From Nitrospirales bacterium (lineage in GTDB: Bacteria; Nitrospirota; Nitrospiria; Nitrospirales; UBA8639), in NCBI GenBank assembly GCA_963555755.3, contig OY820905.2:32001-96000 (forward strand): DNA of 64,000 nt, written 5' to 3'. Position 1 is the first letter of the stretch; every line of letters starts with the position of its first letter. The notes beneath the pieces were generated by a model. The model did no database searches and had not been told where the DNA came from. It saw only the letters and a list, made by a program, of their open reading frames with translations. The position numbers and the translations under genes are program-made. Shown here piece after piece: positions 1 through 10,647 of the stretch.

Positions 1-377
1 ACACAGCCACCAAGGTAAATTATGTGACGGTTAACGAACCAACAGATCCCATGATGATGAGTGTCGTTGATATTGTGGTGACCAAACAGAATTTGGGAAA
101 GGGCAATAAAGAGGGGGTGGCGGTCGTGACCGTCCGCGATGATGCGGGGAACCTTGTGGCCAATGCTACGGTTACAGGAGATTTTTCTGGTAAAACTTCG
201 GACGAGGGATTAGAAGGCGTGACAGATGCGAATGGCCAAGTTGCGTTCTTTTCCAGTGTCGCTCGTGGTGGAGGAGAATGGTGCTTTGAAGTCACCAATG
301 TCACCCATGGTACACTCACTTATGATTTGGAGGGTAATATTGTGACTCTTTCATGTGAAAGTGGGGATGTGCCCTAG
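1..377 (+). CDS. C-terminal part of a secreted Ig-like/PKD-associated domain protein (enters from the left edge)
   Basis: Beta-rich ORF (VTVRDDAGNLVANATVTGDFSG...TDANGQVAF...WCFEVTNVTH); frame appears open to the window start; followed by a terminator. Confidence 0.6.
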   Translation, partial: TATKVNYVTVNEPTDPMMMSVVDIVVTKQNLGKGNKEGVAVVTVRDDAGNLVANATVTGDFSGKTSDEGLEGVTDANGQVAFFSSVARGGGEWCFEVTNVTHGTLTYDLEGNIVTLSCESGDVP

Positions 378-440
378 AGTGGAAGAGGCTGACTTCCTAT
401 TTTAAACTGATCCAAAGTTGGGAAGAAAACAAAAATCAAA

Positions 441-475
441 AGAGCCCCACGCCTTCGGGTGTGGGGTTTTTTTTT
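441..475 (+). terminator. Rho-independent terminator
   Basis: AGCCCCACGCC-TTCG-GGTGTGGGGTT hairpin followed by a T run. Confidence 0.85.
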
Positions 476-513
476 ACGCCTCCCCATCACAATGGCTGTG
501 TATGGCGAATTGC

Positions 514-1306
514 GGTAATTTCAACTTAACGATCGATGGGCACATTGAACCAGCTAAGCCAAGCTGCTTATGCGCACATCACTTCCTCCCAGACCTGAAA
601 GGCCTGGGTCCGCAAAATGCGATAATTAACCGCCTGCATGAGGTGGCGGCCGAGACGAAAGAGATTCTGTGTGAGTCCGTGTAACATCAAAAACCGTTGA
701 GCGTGAGTTGCTGAAGAAAACCCTCCCATATGATATTCTTGTTGCCGCGTGGGTTGGTGTGACACTTCCGCTCGGTTATTCGCGTAGACCGCATTGATAT
801 GCTCGACGGTCGGCATGACGACCCGGTGTGCGGCGCCGTAGCTTTTGAGTGTGTCGGTTATCATCCAGCGCGGCTCACGGCCTTGGCCTTTCAGTAAACG
901 GCGGAAGAAGCGCACCGCCGCGTGTGTATTGCGTCGGCGTTGCACCAACATATCAATGGTATCGCCGTCTTGATCCACGGCTCGCCAGAGATACTGCTGT
1001 TCGCCTTGGATGGACACAAACACTTCATCAAGATGCCACGTATCACCAAGACGACCTTGTCGCGTCTTCAATTTCCGTGCATAGGCTGGCCCAAACTTTC
1101 GGCACCATTGACGAACGGTTTCATAGGTGACGGTGATGCCACGTTTGGCCAGCAATTCTTCGACTTCACGGAAACTGAGGCAGAAACGATGGTACAACCA
1201 GAGGGCATGGCTAATAATTTCAGAGGGAAAACGGTGACGTTGGTAGCTGGGCGGTTTATTTTTCATACAGCCCAGTCTGCCAAGTGCAACTTAAATTGAC
1301 AATACC
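514..1306 (-). mobile_element. IS6-family IS, type A copy 1 (793 bp)
   Basis: Terminal IRs GGTA(A/T)T(T/G)TCAA(C/T)TTAA; encodes an IS6 DDE transposase; no TSD. Confidence 0.95.
568..1266 (-). CDS. IS6-family transposase
   Basis: HRFPSEIISHA, WHLDEVFV, YLWRAVDQDG and ITDTLKSY motifs. Confidence 0.95.
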   Translation of the reverse strand: MKNKPPSYQRHRFPSEIISHALWLYHRFCLSFREVEELLAKRGITVTYETVRQWCRKFGPAYARKLKTRQGRLGDTWHLDEVFVSIQGEQQYLWRAVDQDGDTIDMLVQRRRNTHAAVRFFRRLLKGQGREPRWMITDTLKSYGAAHRVVMPTVEHINAVYANNRAEVSHQPTRQQEYHMGGFSSATHAQRFLMLHGLTQNLFRLGRHLMQAVNYRILRTQAFQVWEEVMCA

Positions 1307-1430
1307 CTCAGACCCTCTGCGGAAGGTGAACTCCCGCAGGTCAGACGGCCGTGTCTCCAGATTGCCCCCACAACGCGGTCTTTGGTACTTTGCGGTTCAG
1401 TCAAAAATGGCTTTTAAAATTCCTATTCTC
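1307..1430 (+). mobile_element. IS91/ISCR oriIS end remnant, truncated on the left by IS6
   Basis: Ends in GGCTTTTAAAATTCCTATTCTC; alignable to 2941-3053, which follows an ISCR transposase C-terminus. Confidence 0.75.
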
Positions 1431-1503
1431 CCAATTGATAGCTGGATGATGAACGGATAATTAGAAATCTTTTTTCAGAAAGCCCTACTTATAACCCGCA
1501 TCG

Positions 1504-2238
1504 TTAGGTGTCATGTGTTTTAGAAGAGGACATGCCCAAACGGTGGATATCCTTTAATTCGTTTTCCGTGATATCTCGCCAATGGCCAACAGGCATGTCC
1601 AGGGAGATATTCATAATTCTTACCCGTTTCAATTGAGTGACCCGATAATCCAAGTATTCACACATTCTTCTAATCTGACGGTTCAAGCCTTGAGTGAGAA
1701 TGATCTTGAATTTGAACTTACTGAGCCGCTTGACTTCACACTTGCGTGTTACGGTGTCAAGAATCGAGACGCCATTACTCATTTTTTCAATAAACTCTTT
1801 GGTGACTGGTCTGTTGACCGTGACCATATATTCCTTTTCATGGTGATTTCTGGCCCTGAGAATTTTGTTAACGATATCACCGTCATTCGTCAGGAAGATC
1901 AGGCCTTCACTTTGTTTGTCTAATCGACCGATCGGGAAAATACGTTTGGGGTAATTGATAAAGTCGATGATGTTGTCCTTTTCTACTTTGGTATTTGTGG
2001 TGCAGACAATGCCTACTGGCTTGTTGAAGGCGATATACACAAATTCTTCTTTAGGGGTGGAGATTAAATTACCGTCAACTCGCACTTCATCTCCCTCGCT
2101 GATTTTAGTTCCCATTTCTGGCACCTTGCCATTGATGGTTACTCGGCTTTCTTCAATCAACTTGTCCGCAGCTCTTCTTGAGCAATAGCCCACTTCACTG
2201 AGGTACTTGTTGATTCTTGTTTGAGGTGTTTCGTTCAT
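1504..2238 (-). CDS. rluF: 23S rRNA pseudouridine synthase, RsuA/RluF family
   Basis: S4 domain ([18 protein letters not shown]), GRLD catalytic motif, [14 protein letters not shown]. Confidence 0.88.
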   Translation of the reverse strand: MNETPQTRINKYLSEVGYCSRRAADKLIEESRVTINGKVPEMGTKISEGDEVRVDGNLISTPKEEFVYIAFNKPVGIVCTTNTKVEKDNIIDFINYPKRIFPIGRLDKQSEGLIFLTNDGDIVNKILRARNHHEKEYMVTVNRPVTKEFIEKMSNGVSILDTVTRKCEVKRLSKFKFKIILTQGLNRQIRRMCEYLDYRVTQLKRVRIMNISLDMPVGHWRDITENELKDIHRLGMSSSKTHDT

Positions 2239-2478
2239 TTGTTGCGGACCAAGTTAAAACTTTCAGTATTATTAACATCGATTGAAAAGCTAATTCAATG
2301 GTGTATGTTCACGGATGTGAACGGTAAGTAGGACCGAACCCTAAAATGAAGCGCGCGGTATTTTTATCCCGACTTCCCTGCGGGCACAAGGAAACATTGA
2401 ATCCGATTGTTTATCTAAACTTGCACTGGCGGATCTTCCCCCCATGTTTTCACCCTAAGCTGTTGGAATTCTTTAGGA

Positions 2479-2543
2479 AAGTACGGGTCAAGTACGGGTC
2501 AAGTACGGGTCAAGTACGGGTCAAGTCTTTTGTTGACTAATAC
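2479..2543 (+). repeat. 4x AAGTACGGGTC tandem repeat joined to a terminus related to the 148-bp element
   Basis: Four exact 11-mers at 2479-2522; 2513-2544 matches the reverse complement of the 148-bp element right end at 28/32 positions. Confidence 0.85.
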
Positions 2544-2549
2544 TTTTCC

Positions 2550-3053
2550 GAGGCCGCCCCGGTGCCGAACCTCGTCGATGGGAACAGCGAGCTCTCCTCG
2601 GTCTCCACGCGGGCCCGCATGAGCTGGGCGCAATTACTCAAGCGAATCTTCGCCATCGACATCACCACCTGTCCGCAGTGCGGCGGCCCTTTGACCATCC
2701 TCGCGGCTATTGAAGATCCCACCGTGATTGCCAAGATTCTCGCGCACCTGGGCTTGCCCACCCGCGCTCCACCACGAGCCCCGGCCCGGCTCGACCCGTT
2801 CCTACAAACGGCCTAAGCTCCCCCAGGATTCCGGTTCAGTGTCGGAGCCGACACTCCCCCTTTGCCCAGTTCCCCCACTCCCACACCACAATGGAACGAC
2901 AGGTTGACCCGATCCTGGGAAAATGGGCCCTGCCGCACCATCTCGCCGTGGAACTCCCGCCTTTCAGACGGTAACGTCTGCAAATTGACTCCGCAACGGG
3001 GTCTTTGATACTTTCCGGTTTAGGCAAAAAGGCCTTTTAAAATTCCTATTCCC
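2550..3053 (+). mobile_element. IS91/ISCR remnant: transposase C-terminus (to 2816) plus oriIS
   Basis: MSWAQLLKRIFAIDITTCPQCGG...IAKILAHLGLPTRAPP is the typical ISCR transposase C-terminus; GGCCTTTTAAAATTCCTATTCCC at 3031-3053 resembles oriIS. Confidence 0.85.
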
Positions 3054-3682
3054 GATTACGTTTTGACTCGGCTAATTTTCGGGTTACTTCGGCTTGTTTC
3101 TGGCTATTGTCTATGGGGGTATGGAGATGACATTCGGTAATGCGATGCAGCTTTTGGCTGAAATGGGTTTCCGTACTGGTGATTTAATGCCTGGATTCAG
3201 TGTTGGGCTTAACCCGGCATGTTCAAGGCGAAGCCTAACAAAGGTATAGATCCATTACTATATTGTTATTAGACTAATTGCCCGGTGCGGGTAATTCCAG
3301 TTAATCTTTGTTTAGAGAAGCTTGTTTAGAGAAGTTCAGTTCCTCGCGACACGTTGAACCGGCTGGACGGACGGACTTGGTCTAAAGGCTTTGTATTTGC
3401 AAGCTGATATAGGTATGGTGGCGAGCCATGATTCTGGAAAATGCTTTGGCTCAACCAAGCGCTCACCCAAACATTGGTGTGCCAGGAAAATTTTCAAATG
3501 CCTATTTTGAAATGCATATAGTACGCTATCAGTATTTTATCGGGCCCCAGCTCACGTCGCCCATGAGGTGAGCACGAGTTATAAAATTTTCCTACGCCTG
3601 TCAACAGCTTGCATCTCTTCTTCGCTCCCAACGGCGTTTTTCAGGATAATTTTCCGGTAAGTTTTTATCTCCTGAGTCCTCT

Positions 3683-4885
3683 ATGCCTTCACATCAAACG
3701 ACTGCTTTACCTGTTATTAGTTTAAAGCCCAAATCCGATCGTCGAATTAAACATGGCCATTGCTGGGTCTACAGTAATGAGATCGATATTGAGCGAAGTG
3801 GCTTTAAATCGATGGCCGCAGGCCAGGTGGGAACATTGCTCAATGCCAACCAGGAAGTGTTGGGGAGCGCTTACTTCAATCCCCCCACACTTCTGTGTGG
3901 CCGTTTGTTTAGTCGAAAAGCAGGCCAGGCGCTGGATTACCCGTTCATAGGCAAGCGACTGGAGTTGGCGTTGAAGTGGCGAGAATCCTGTTATAAAGAG
4001 CCTTTTTATCGGCTGGTGTATGGCGACGGGGATGCTCTGCCCGGCCTGGTTGTAGACCGATATGGCGATGTGTTGGTCATGCAGGTGACTACGGCTGGAA
4101 TGATGGCGGTGCTCGATATCCTGGTGAGCGCACTGGTCGATGTGGTTGCTCCAGCGGGGATTTTGTTGCGCAATGAAAACGACAATGAACCGGAAGGCCT
4201 GGTATCGCGTACCGAAGTTGTTCACGGTGAAGTGCCAGAGTATGTCGATATTATCGAAAACGAGACGACTTTTAAGGTCCCGGTTATGGGTGGTCAAAAA
4301 ACCGGTTGGTTTTACGATCATCGGGAGAGTCGCTCGCTGCTGGCCAGTTACGCTAGGGACAAACGTGTATTGGATGTCTACAGCTATCTGGGGGCTTGGG
4401 GTTTACAGGCGCTTCGTGGTGGAGCGGCATCGCTGTGCTGCGTTGACAGTTCCGGGCCCGCGCTAAGCCTGGCCAGCGAGTCCGCAGCGAAGGCGGGATT
4501 TGAAAAGCAATTTACGGCGCTAAAATCACCGGCAATCGACGCATTAAAAGCACTGCAGAAGCGCGGTGAAAAGTTTGATGTGGTTGTTCTCGATCCGCCG
4601 GCTTTTATCAAGCATCGCAAGGACCAGCGCAGCGGTGAAAAAGCCTATCATCACATTAACCAGCTAGCGTTAAAACTGCTGGACCAGCAGGGCTTGTTAG
4701 TCAGCGCCTCTTGCTCTCTGCACTTGCAGCGCGATGCGTTGACAAGGATAGTGCAGACTGCGGGATACAAGGCGGGCCGCAGTACATCGATAGTGTATCA
4801 AGGTGGGCTGGGCGCAGACCATCCAGTCAATGCGGCGATGCCAGAAATGGACTATCTAAAAGCGGTGTTTGCGCGAATCGATTGA
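3683..4885 (+). CDS. rlmI: RlmI-family SAM-dependent rRNA methyltransferase
   Basis: PUA-like N-terminus (GHCWVYSNEI), GQKTGWFYDHR, VLDVYSYLGAWG, DVVVLDPPAF. Confidence 0.8.
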   Translation: MPSHQTTALPVISLKPKSDRRIKHGHCWVYSNEIDIERSGFKSMAAGQVGTLLNANQEVLGSAYFNPPTLLCGRLFSRKAGQALDYPFIGKRLELALKWRESCYKEPFYRLVYGDGDALPGLVVDRYGDVLVMQVTTAGMMAVLDILVSALVDVVAPAGILLRNENDNEPEGLVSRTEVVHGEVPEYVDIIENETTFKVPVMGGQKTGWFYDHRESRSLLASYARDKRVLDVYSYLGAWGLQALRGGAASLCCVDSSGPALSLASESAAKAGFEKQFTALKSPAIDALKALQKRGEKFDVVVLDPPAFIKHRKDQRSGEKAYHHINQLALKLLDQQGLLVSASCSLHLQRDALTRIVQTAGYKAGRSTSIVYQGGLGADHPVNAAMPEMDYLKAVFARID

Positions 4886-4956
4886 GTGCTTGCATCATCC
4901 CTGATGCAGACGGTTTTAGCTGGGCCTGGATAACAGTAATAGCTAGCTTCTGTGCC

Positions 4957-5108
4957 GGTTCTGTCGCAAATAGCGAAATGGTGAAAAATCCTATGGGTTT
5001 TTGTCCCGTCCCAGATTAGAAAACCCCTGTAATTTTGGCAATTCCTGTTTGCAAAATATGGAGATCAAACCTTTCAATACCTTCAAAAACGCTATTTGCG
5101 ACAGAACC
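4957..5108. mobile_element. 152-bp MITE with IS6 type-B ends, copy 1
   Basis: IRs GGTTCTGTCGCAAATAGC, shared with the IS6 at 21725-22520. Confidence 0.9.
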
Positions 5109-5190
5109 GTTTTTTGACCATACGAGAAGATCACTCTTTTCGCAGCGAGGAACGCTGATGCAATCTCCCGTCTAATATTTGTGACAACGA

Positions 5191-6009
5191 TTGCTGACTC
5201 TGTTCGTCCATCTGATTGCGAGACCAAACATGAGCGAGAATACTGAATTTGAAAAGGGAGTCAGGGCGTATGCAGAGGGGGACTACGCAACCGCTCTCCT
5301 TGAGTTCAGACAACTTGCCGAAAAAGGATATGCCGCTGCCCAGAACGATCTCGGTGCAATGTACGCTAATGGAGTGGAGGTGCCCCAAGACTATCAGGAG
5401 GCAGCACAGTGGTTTCACCGTGCTGCCGCGCAGGGGCATGTCCGTGCCCAGTACGCTCTGGGTGTGATGTATAAAAAGGGAGAAGGGGTGCCCCAAGATG
5501 CTGAGGCAGCGGTGCGCTGGTGGCGACGTGCTGCCGAGCAGGGTTATGCTGATGCCCAGAGCAATCTGGGTGTGATGTACCACAGGGGAGAGGGAGTGCC
5601 TCAGGACTATCTGGAAGCGGTCAAGTGGTATCACCGTGCTGCTGAGCAGGGTCATGCTGCTGCCCAGAGCAATCTGGGTGTGATGTACCATAGGGGAGAG
5701 GAGGTGCCTCGGGACTATCTGGAGGCGGTCAAGTGGTATCACCGTGCTGCTGAGCAGGGACATGCCTTTGCCCAGAGTAATCTGGGTGTGATGTACGCCA
5801 AGGGAGCAGGAGTTCCCCAAGACTACGCACGTGCGCATATGTGGTTCAACATTGCTGCATCATCAGGGAAGGACTATGCGAGGGAGATAAGAGAGGAAGC
5901 GAGGAAGATGAGAGGTAAAGTTGAAAAGAAAATGTCTTCCGCTCAAATCACCGAGGCAGAACAACTCGCAAGAGAATGTATCGAGAAGAACTACAAAGGG
6001 TGGTGCTGA
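5191..6009 (+). CDS. Sel1-like repeat protein (start uncertain; ATG at 5230)
   Basis: Repeated AQxNLGVMYxxGEGVPQDYxEAxxWY..AAEQG units of 36 aa. Confidence 0.92.
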   Translation: MLTLFVHLIARPNMSENTEFEKGVRAYAEGDYATALLEFRQLAEKGYAAAQNDLGAMYANGVEVPQDYQEAAQWFHRAAAQGHVRAQYALGVMYKKGEGVPQDAEAAVRWWRRAAEQGYADAQSNLGVMYHRGEGVPQDYLEAVKWYHRAAEQGHAAAQSNLGVMYHRGEEVPRDYLEAVKWYHRAAEQGHAFAQSNLGVMYAKGAGVPQDYARAHMWFNIAASSGKDYAREIREEARKMRGKVEKKMSSAQITEAEQLARECIEKNYKGWC

Positions 6010-6404
6010 ACCGGGAAGAACGCTGATGACCTGTGGATCTCGAATTCGTAATTGTCTGCAAATAGTTAAGAATTTCAATGGACTTTCGAGGCGAATGAAT
6101 TTATAGAAAGGACAGGGAGGCCGGATGAGTTTTTGACCATACGGGTTAAAAAACTCAAATGGAGAAAGCTAAGACAAAACCTGCTCAATGGCCCTCAGGC
6201 AGCGGCGAACAGGAATTCGCCATGCACAGGGTTGCGGACGGTTGGTAATCTGAGTCAGACTTATCGGCAGGGTCCGAAGCGGAGGTTACTATGCCCTCGG
6301 CAAAGAAGCCCACGCGCAAACAAGGTAAGAAGCGGCGGCAGGCTGGAAAAGAACAAAGTCAATCGTCCTCCCGCCGGAGCAAGGTCGCGACGAGTACCCA
6401 GGAT

Positions 6405-7197
6405 GGTATTGTCAATTTAAGTTGCACTTGGCAGACTGGGCTGTATGAAAAATAAACCACCCAGCTACCAACGTCACCGTTTTCCCTCTGAAATTATTAG
6501 CCATGCCGTCTGGTTGTACCATCGTTTCTGCCTCAGTTTCCGTGAAGTCGAAGAATTGCTGGCCGAACGTGGCATCACCGTCACCTATGAAACCGTTCGT
6601 CAATGGTGCCGAAAGTTTGGGCCAGCCTATGCACGGAAATTGAAGAAGCGACAAGGTCGTCTCGGTGAGACGTGGCATCTTGATGAAGTGTTTGTGTCCA
6701 TCCAAGGCGAACAGCAGTATCTCTGTCGAGCCGTGGATCAAGACGGCGATACCATTGATATGTTGGTGCAACGCCGACGCAATAAACAAGCGGCTGCGCG
6801 CGTCTTCCGCCGCTTACTGAAAGGCCAAGGCCGGGAGCCGCGCTGGATGATTACCGACACACTCAAAAGCTACGGCGCCGCACACCGGGTCGTCATGCCG
6901 ACCGTCGAGCATATCAATGCGGTCTACGCGAATACCCGAGTTGAAGTGTCACACCAACCCACGCGGCAACAAGAATATCATATGCGAGGGTGTTCTTCAG
7001 CAACGCACGCTCAACGGTTTTTGACGGTACACGGACTCACCCAGAATCTCTTTCGTCTCGTCCGCCACCTCATGCAGGCGGTCAACTATCGACTGTTGCG
7101 CACCCAGGCCTTTCAGGTCTGGAAGGAAGCGGTGTGCGCATAAGCAGCTCGGCTTAGCTGGCTCAATTTGCCCATCGATCGTTAAGTTGACAATACC
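6405..7197 (+). mobile_element. IS6-family IS, type A copy 2
   Basis: Same IRs and 793-bp length as copy 1. Confidence 0.95.
6445..7143 (+). CDS. IS6-family transposase
   Basis: Close homolog of 568-1266. Confidence 0.93.
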   Translation: MKNKPPSYQRHRFPSEIISHAVWLYHRFCLSFREVEELLAERGITVTYETVRQWCRKFGPAYARKLKKRQGRLGETWHLDEVFVSIQGEQQYLCRAVDQDGDTIDMLVQRRRNKQAAARVFRRLLKGQGREPRWMITDTLKSYGAAHRVVMPTVEHINAVYANTRVEVSHQPTRQQEYHMRGCSSATHAQRFLTVHGLTQNLFRLVRHLMQAVNYRLLRTQAFQVWKEAVCA

Positions 7198-7407
7198 ATA
7201 TTTTGTCGTTGATGAGGTCGCGTCTCTCTGGAATAGGTGTGAGGATACAAAGGGAAAGTACGGGGCATTCCGTTCTGGCGTAGGATTAGCAACATGTTCG
7301 GTATTTTATATCATACCGCTTTCACTCTATAATTAACCAGTTGGGCAAGTACCAACAGGTATTTTTCAAGCAAAAGACCGGGTGTTGTTTATAATATCCG
7401 TTATTTT

Positions 7408-9465
7408 TTAAAACGCGACGCTTACTCCCATCCCACCGGAGAGGACGAGGCTCTTGTCGTCTAAATACAGCCCTTCCATCCCTCCGTAAAGAGATACCGT
7501 ATCGTTGATAGACCCGTTGAAGTCCAGGCCGGAAAAACCGCCAACAACAGTATCTTCACCGCCAGGATTAAAAACAATATTTTCACCGAGCAATGTCGCG
7601 TTGACCTTGTCGCCACCGACTATCGAACGGGCTTCCACCCCAAGCCTTGGCACGAGGCGGTAGGACTGGCTGTTTTGGGCCCATGGTATCGTCATCGCCA
7701 TCTGTATGCGGCCTTGCAATAAATGAAGATCGCGGTCTGCGACGACGAATTCGTCACTGGCGCCGCTCTCGGCAAAACCATCAAGAAAGAAACCGGTATA
7801 GCGCAAAGATGCACCCGGCTCGACTGTTATTTTATCTGTCACGGGCAGAGAGATGCTGGCAGACAGCTCGGGCGCGACAAAAAAACCGTAGTAATCGGCG
7901 GTCGCGGTTTGCAGGCCATCGTCCATATCCTGGTTGTTGGCGGTCACGCGCTCGCGGTCATGGTCGGTTATGCCGCCGGTAATCTTGGCGCCGATTGTTA
8001 TATTGTTGAACTTGAAACTCCCGTAAGCGCCCACGAAATAGCCGTATATATCTTCTTGCTGGGCATTATACTGATGGTCGACCATATTGACCGAAGCGCC
8101 GAGAAAGCCCCCTACCACCGTACCGCTACTGAAACGCTTGTCCGCCCCGGCCACCAGGCCAGTGCCCCAGTGGTCGGTATCGACCGAAGGTGATTTGCCA
8201 TTCTGTTCCCTGTATGATCCGAACCCATACCCCCATGACTGTGTTCCTGTCGACGATGGCTGGGATACATGCAAGCGCCCTAGGCGCCTGGCGGCGTACT
8301 GTGTCCCTGTCAATGATGAGGAGTTCAACTGCCCCAACCGCCCGTCGACTGCATCGTAGATGCCATTGGTGATGTCGGTAATGATCTCATCAGAGATTGA
8401 GGACAGGGTCGGGTCGACAACGGCGACCCGAAACCCCTTGATGACCATCGGCGCGCCTATGGGGTTGATGTGGGGCAATGCCCCGCTGTCACTGAACGTC
8501 TTGTCCACGGACAGTCCGTTTGTCACAGTCAAAGTGTTGGTATCACTGTCGAGCCGGATCGAGCCGATAATCACCGAACCGGGCAAGAGAACAATCTCGT
8601 TGTTTTCTGCGGCAGAATTACTATTTCTTAACCAAATGGCATGTGCAGAGCTGCCAGTAGCGCTGATCAGACCGCCATTGATGATCGTATTGTCATCTCC
8701 TGCTACTGTGTAAATCGCCGATGACTCCTCATCGTCATCCGTCGTCATAATCGAGCCGTAATTGGTGATCGTGTTGCCACTGTTAAAACCAACAGCCCAG
8801 GCGTCCGCCCCTGCGGTGGTTACCAAGCCAGTGTTGATGAATTCGCTGTCCGAAAAGAAAATAACGGCTGTAGTTTTGTCACCTGTCACGGCTATGACGC
8901 CGCGATTGATGATCAGGTTGCCGGTTGACAAATTAGACCCAACAATGCCTGCGCCAGCGTCGCCACTTGCCGTAATTGTCCCCTCATTAATAACTGTGCT
9001 GTCGTCTGGAATGAAGATGGCAAATGCTCCGGCGCCACTTGCCGTAATTGTCCCCTCATTAATAACTGTGCTGTCGTCCTCAACGATGATGCCAGCTGCA
9101 TTATCGCCCTCTACCGTAATCTTCCCTTTGTTGATGATCGTGTTGGAGCCGTTGCCCGAGATACCATCACCCAAAAAACCGGGGTCAACAGAATTCAGGT
9201 CATTTTCTATCTTGCCGCCTTTCTCAACCGTACAGCTCTGCCCAACAAGCAGGGTCTGCTTATCATTGGTCACTGTTTCACCATTCACAATCGTGGGACA
9301 GACGGCTTGAGCCGGAGCCGCTATCAGCAAACTTCCAATAGCCAGGATGAAGGCGCCAAAAAAAAAGGCAAACGCATTATTATCCCGCCTCGTTCTTGCT
9401 ATGTGTGTGAAGCCTACATAAACGGCGCTGAAATTGCTGGCTGTATAATTCAAAACCGTGGGCAT
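7408..9465 (-). CDS. Autotransporter (beta-helix-like passenger plus C-terminal beta-barrel)
   Basis: Signal peptide ending AQA, repeated TVINEGTITASG units, amphipathic beta-strands, terminal Phe (GVSVAF). Confidence 0.85.
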   Translation of the reverse strand: MPTVLNYTASNFSAVYVGFTHIARTRRDNNAFAFFFGAFILAIGSLLIAAPAQAVCPTIVNGETVTNDKQTLLVGQSCTVEKGGKIENDLNSVDPGFLGDGISGNGSNTIINKGKITVEGDNAAGIIVEDDSTVINEGTITASGAGAFAIFIPDDSTVINEGTITASGDAGAGIVGSNLSTGNLIINRGVIAVTGDKTTAVIFFSDSEFINTGLVTTAGADAWAVGFNSGNTITNYGSIMTTDDDEESSAIYTVAGDDNTIINGGLISATGSSAHAIWLRNSNSAAENNEIVLLPGSVIIGSIRLDSDTNTLTVTNGLSVDKTFSDSGALPHINPIGAPMVIKGFRVAVVDPTLSSISDEIITDITNGIYDAVDGRLGQLNSSSLTGTQYAARRLGRLHVSQPSSTGTQSWGYGFGSYREQNGKSPSVDTDHWGTGLVAGADKRFSSGTVVGGFLGASVNMVDHQYNAQQEDIYGYFVGAYGSFKFNNITIGAKITGGITDHDRERVTANNQDMDDGLQTATADYYGFFVAPELSASISLPVTDKITVEPGASLRYTGFFLDGFAESGASDEFVVADRDLHLLQGRIQMAMTIPWAQNSQSYRLVPRLGVEARSIVGGDKVNATLLGENIVFNPGGEDTVVGGFSGLDFNGSINDTVSLYGGMEGLYLDDKSLVLSGGMGVSVAF

Positions 9466-9531
9466 TGTTTGGGACCTCCTAATGCTTGAATTTAGTATTT
9501 CAATATAAACAGGGTCATGAACACAGAGTAG

Positions 9532-9663
9532 GGTATTGTCAAGTTAAGTGAATTTGACCAAAATTTTGGCAATACACGAATTCATAACTCATTGCTTGTT
9601 CAGCATTCAGGTTACTGGCTCGAGGTAGAAAATCAGCCAAATTTGACTTAAGTTGACAATACC
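9532..9663. mobile_element. 132-bp MITE with IS6 type-A ends, copy 1
   Basis: GGTATTGTCAAGTTAAGT...ACTTAAGTTGACAATACC; second copy at 12831. Confidence 0.9.
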
Positions 9664-9886
9664 CCTCGCAGCCCTTGTGAATTGGGTGGCGCAGCACCTT
9701 CTCCTATGTGAAGGGCCACTTGTGCCCAGCGGTCAAACGAAAAAAGCCCCACCGCCGCAACGATGAGGCTCTGTGTTTATGTGATTCTTTTATCGATGAT
9801 TCGTTTAGGCCAACACCCAGAGCCAGAACACCACTTTAGTTTCTTACGCCCTGTGTCCAAATTGTGCTGATACATATACTAATTTC

Positions 9887-10038
9887 GGTTCTTTCGCAAA
9901 TAGCGTTTTTGAAGGTATTGAAAGGTTTGATCTCCATATTTTGCAAACAGGAATTGCCAAAATTACAGGGGTTTTCTAATCTGGGACGGGACAAAAACCC
10001 ATAGGATTTTTCACCATTTCGCTATTTGCGACAGAACC
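9887..10038. mobile_element. 152-bp MITE with IS6 type-B ends, copy 2 (inverted relative to copy 1)
   Basis: Near-identical reverse complement of 4957-5108. Confidence 0.9.
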
Positions 10039-10573
10039 GAAAAATGTGCTTGGCCTTCTCGTACACTTCCATGTAAGAAGGCCTGCTTCCAAATTTCTCC
10101 CACCGCTTTCGAATGGTATCTGGTAAGGAATAGGCGGTGGAAATGGCAATTACCCCTTGAATATCTGCGTGTTGAGTCGGGTCATTTCGTAAGGCCCCAT
10201 AACGAATGGCCATGCAACCACCTAACCCATGACCAGCAATCACAATTTTTTTAAAACCAATTTTTCTCAGAAAATCACATGCCGCATCAATCTGTGGCAT
10301 GACATCGTCAAAAACACCAAAACCAAAGAACAACCCTAGGTTTGCAAGGAGGGTATTCATGGTGATGGAGGAGTAGCGGTGTTGGGCTAGAATTTGAGGA
10401 AGGTCATGTTCCGTGTCATCCAGCAGATTTCCCAACAGCCCATGCAAACGAAGGATGACCGGTTTATTGTCAACATGTTCTTTATCTCTATCTATATGAT
10501 AATAGAGCGCATCAATTTTATGTTCGTTGAATGGAATTGAAATGATGGTGCCTGAGATACCTACCTGATCCAT
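10039..10573 (-). pseudogene. Alpha/beta-hydrolase-like gene, 3'-truncated by the MITE
   Basis: LHGLLG and IAGHGLGG nucleophile-elbow-like motif (Gly in place of Ser); ORF runs into the MITE and stops inside it. Confidence 0.7.
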
Positions 10574-10647
10574 ACAGGTCTACAGTACAAGTCGTATGAA
10601 TGGTTGGTTCGGGACTCTGGGAGCAGAAAGAATTGTCATCGAAGAAC

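Noticed and set aside
922..1299. Recurrent 125-aa ORF in each IS6 type A copy
   Set aside because: Antisense shadow of the transposase; its recurrence just reflects IS identity
2479..2522. Tandem 11-mers as CRISPR or iterons
   Set aside because: No spacers and no rep gene; better explained as a reiterated element terminus
5540..5800. Near-identical 108-bp units as a DGR template/variable repeat pair
   Set aside because: They are in-frame Sel1 repeats, the differences are not confined to adenines, and no reverse transcriptase is present
9664..9886. Possible riboswitch or sRNA between two MITEs
   Set aside because: Only a weak hairpin is visible; no recognisable family motif
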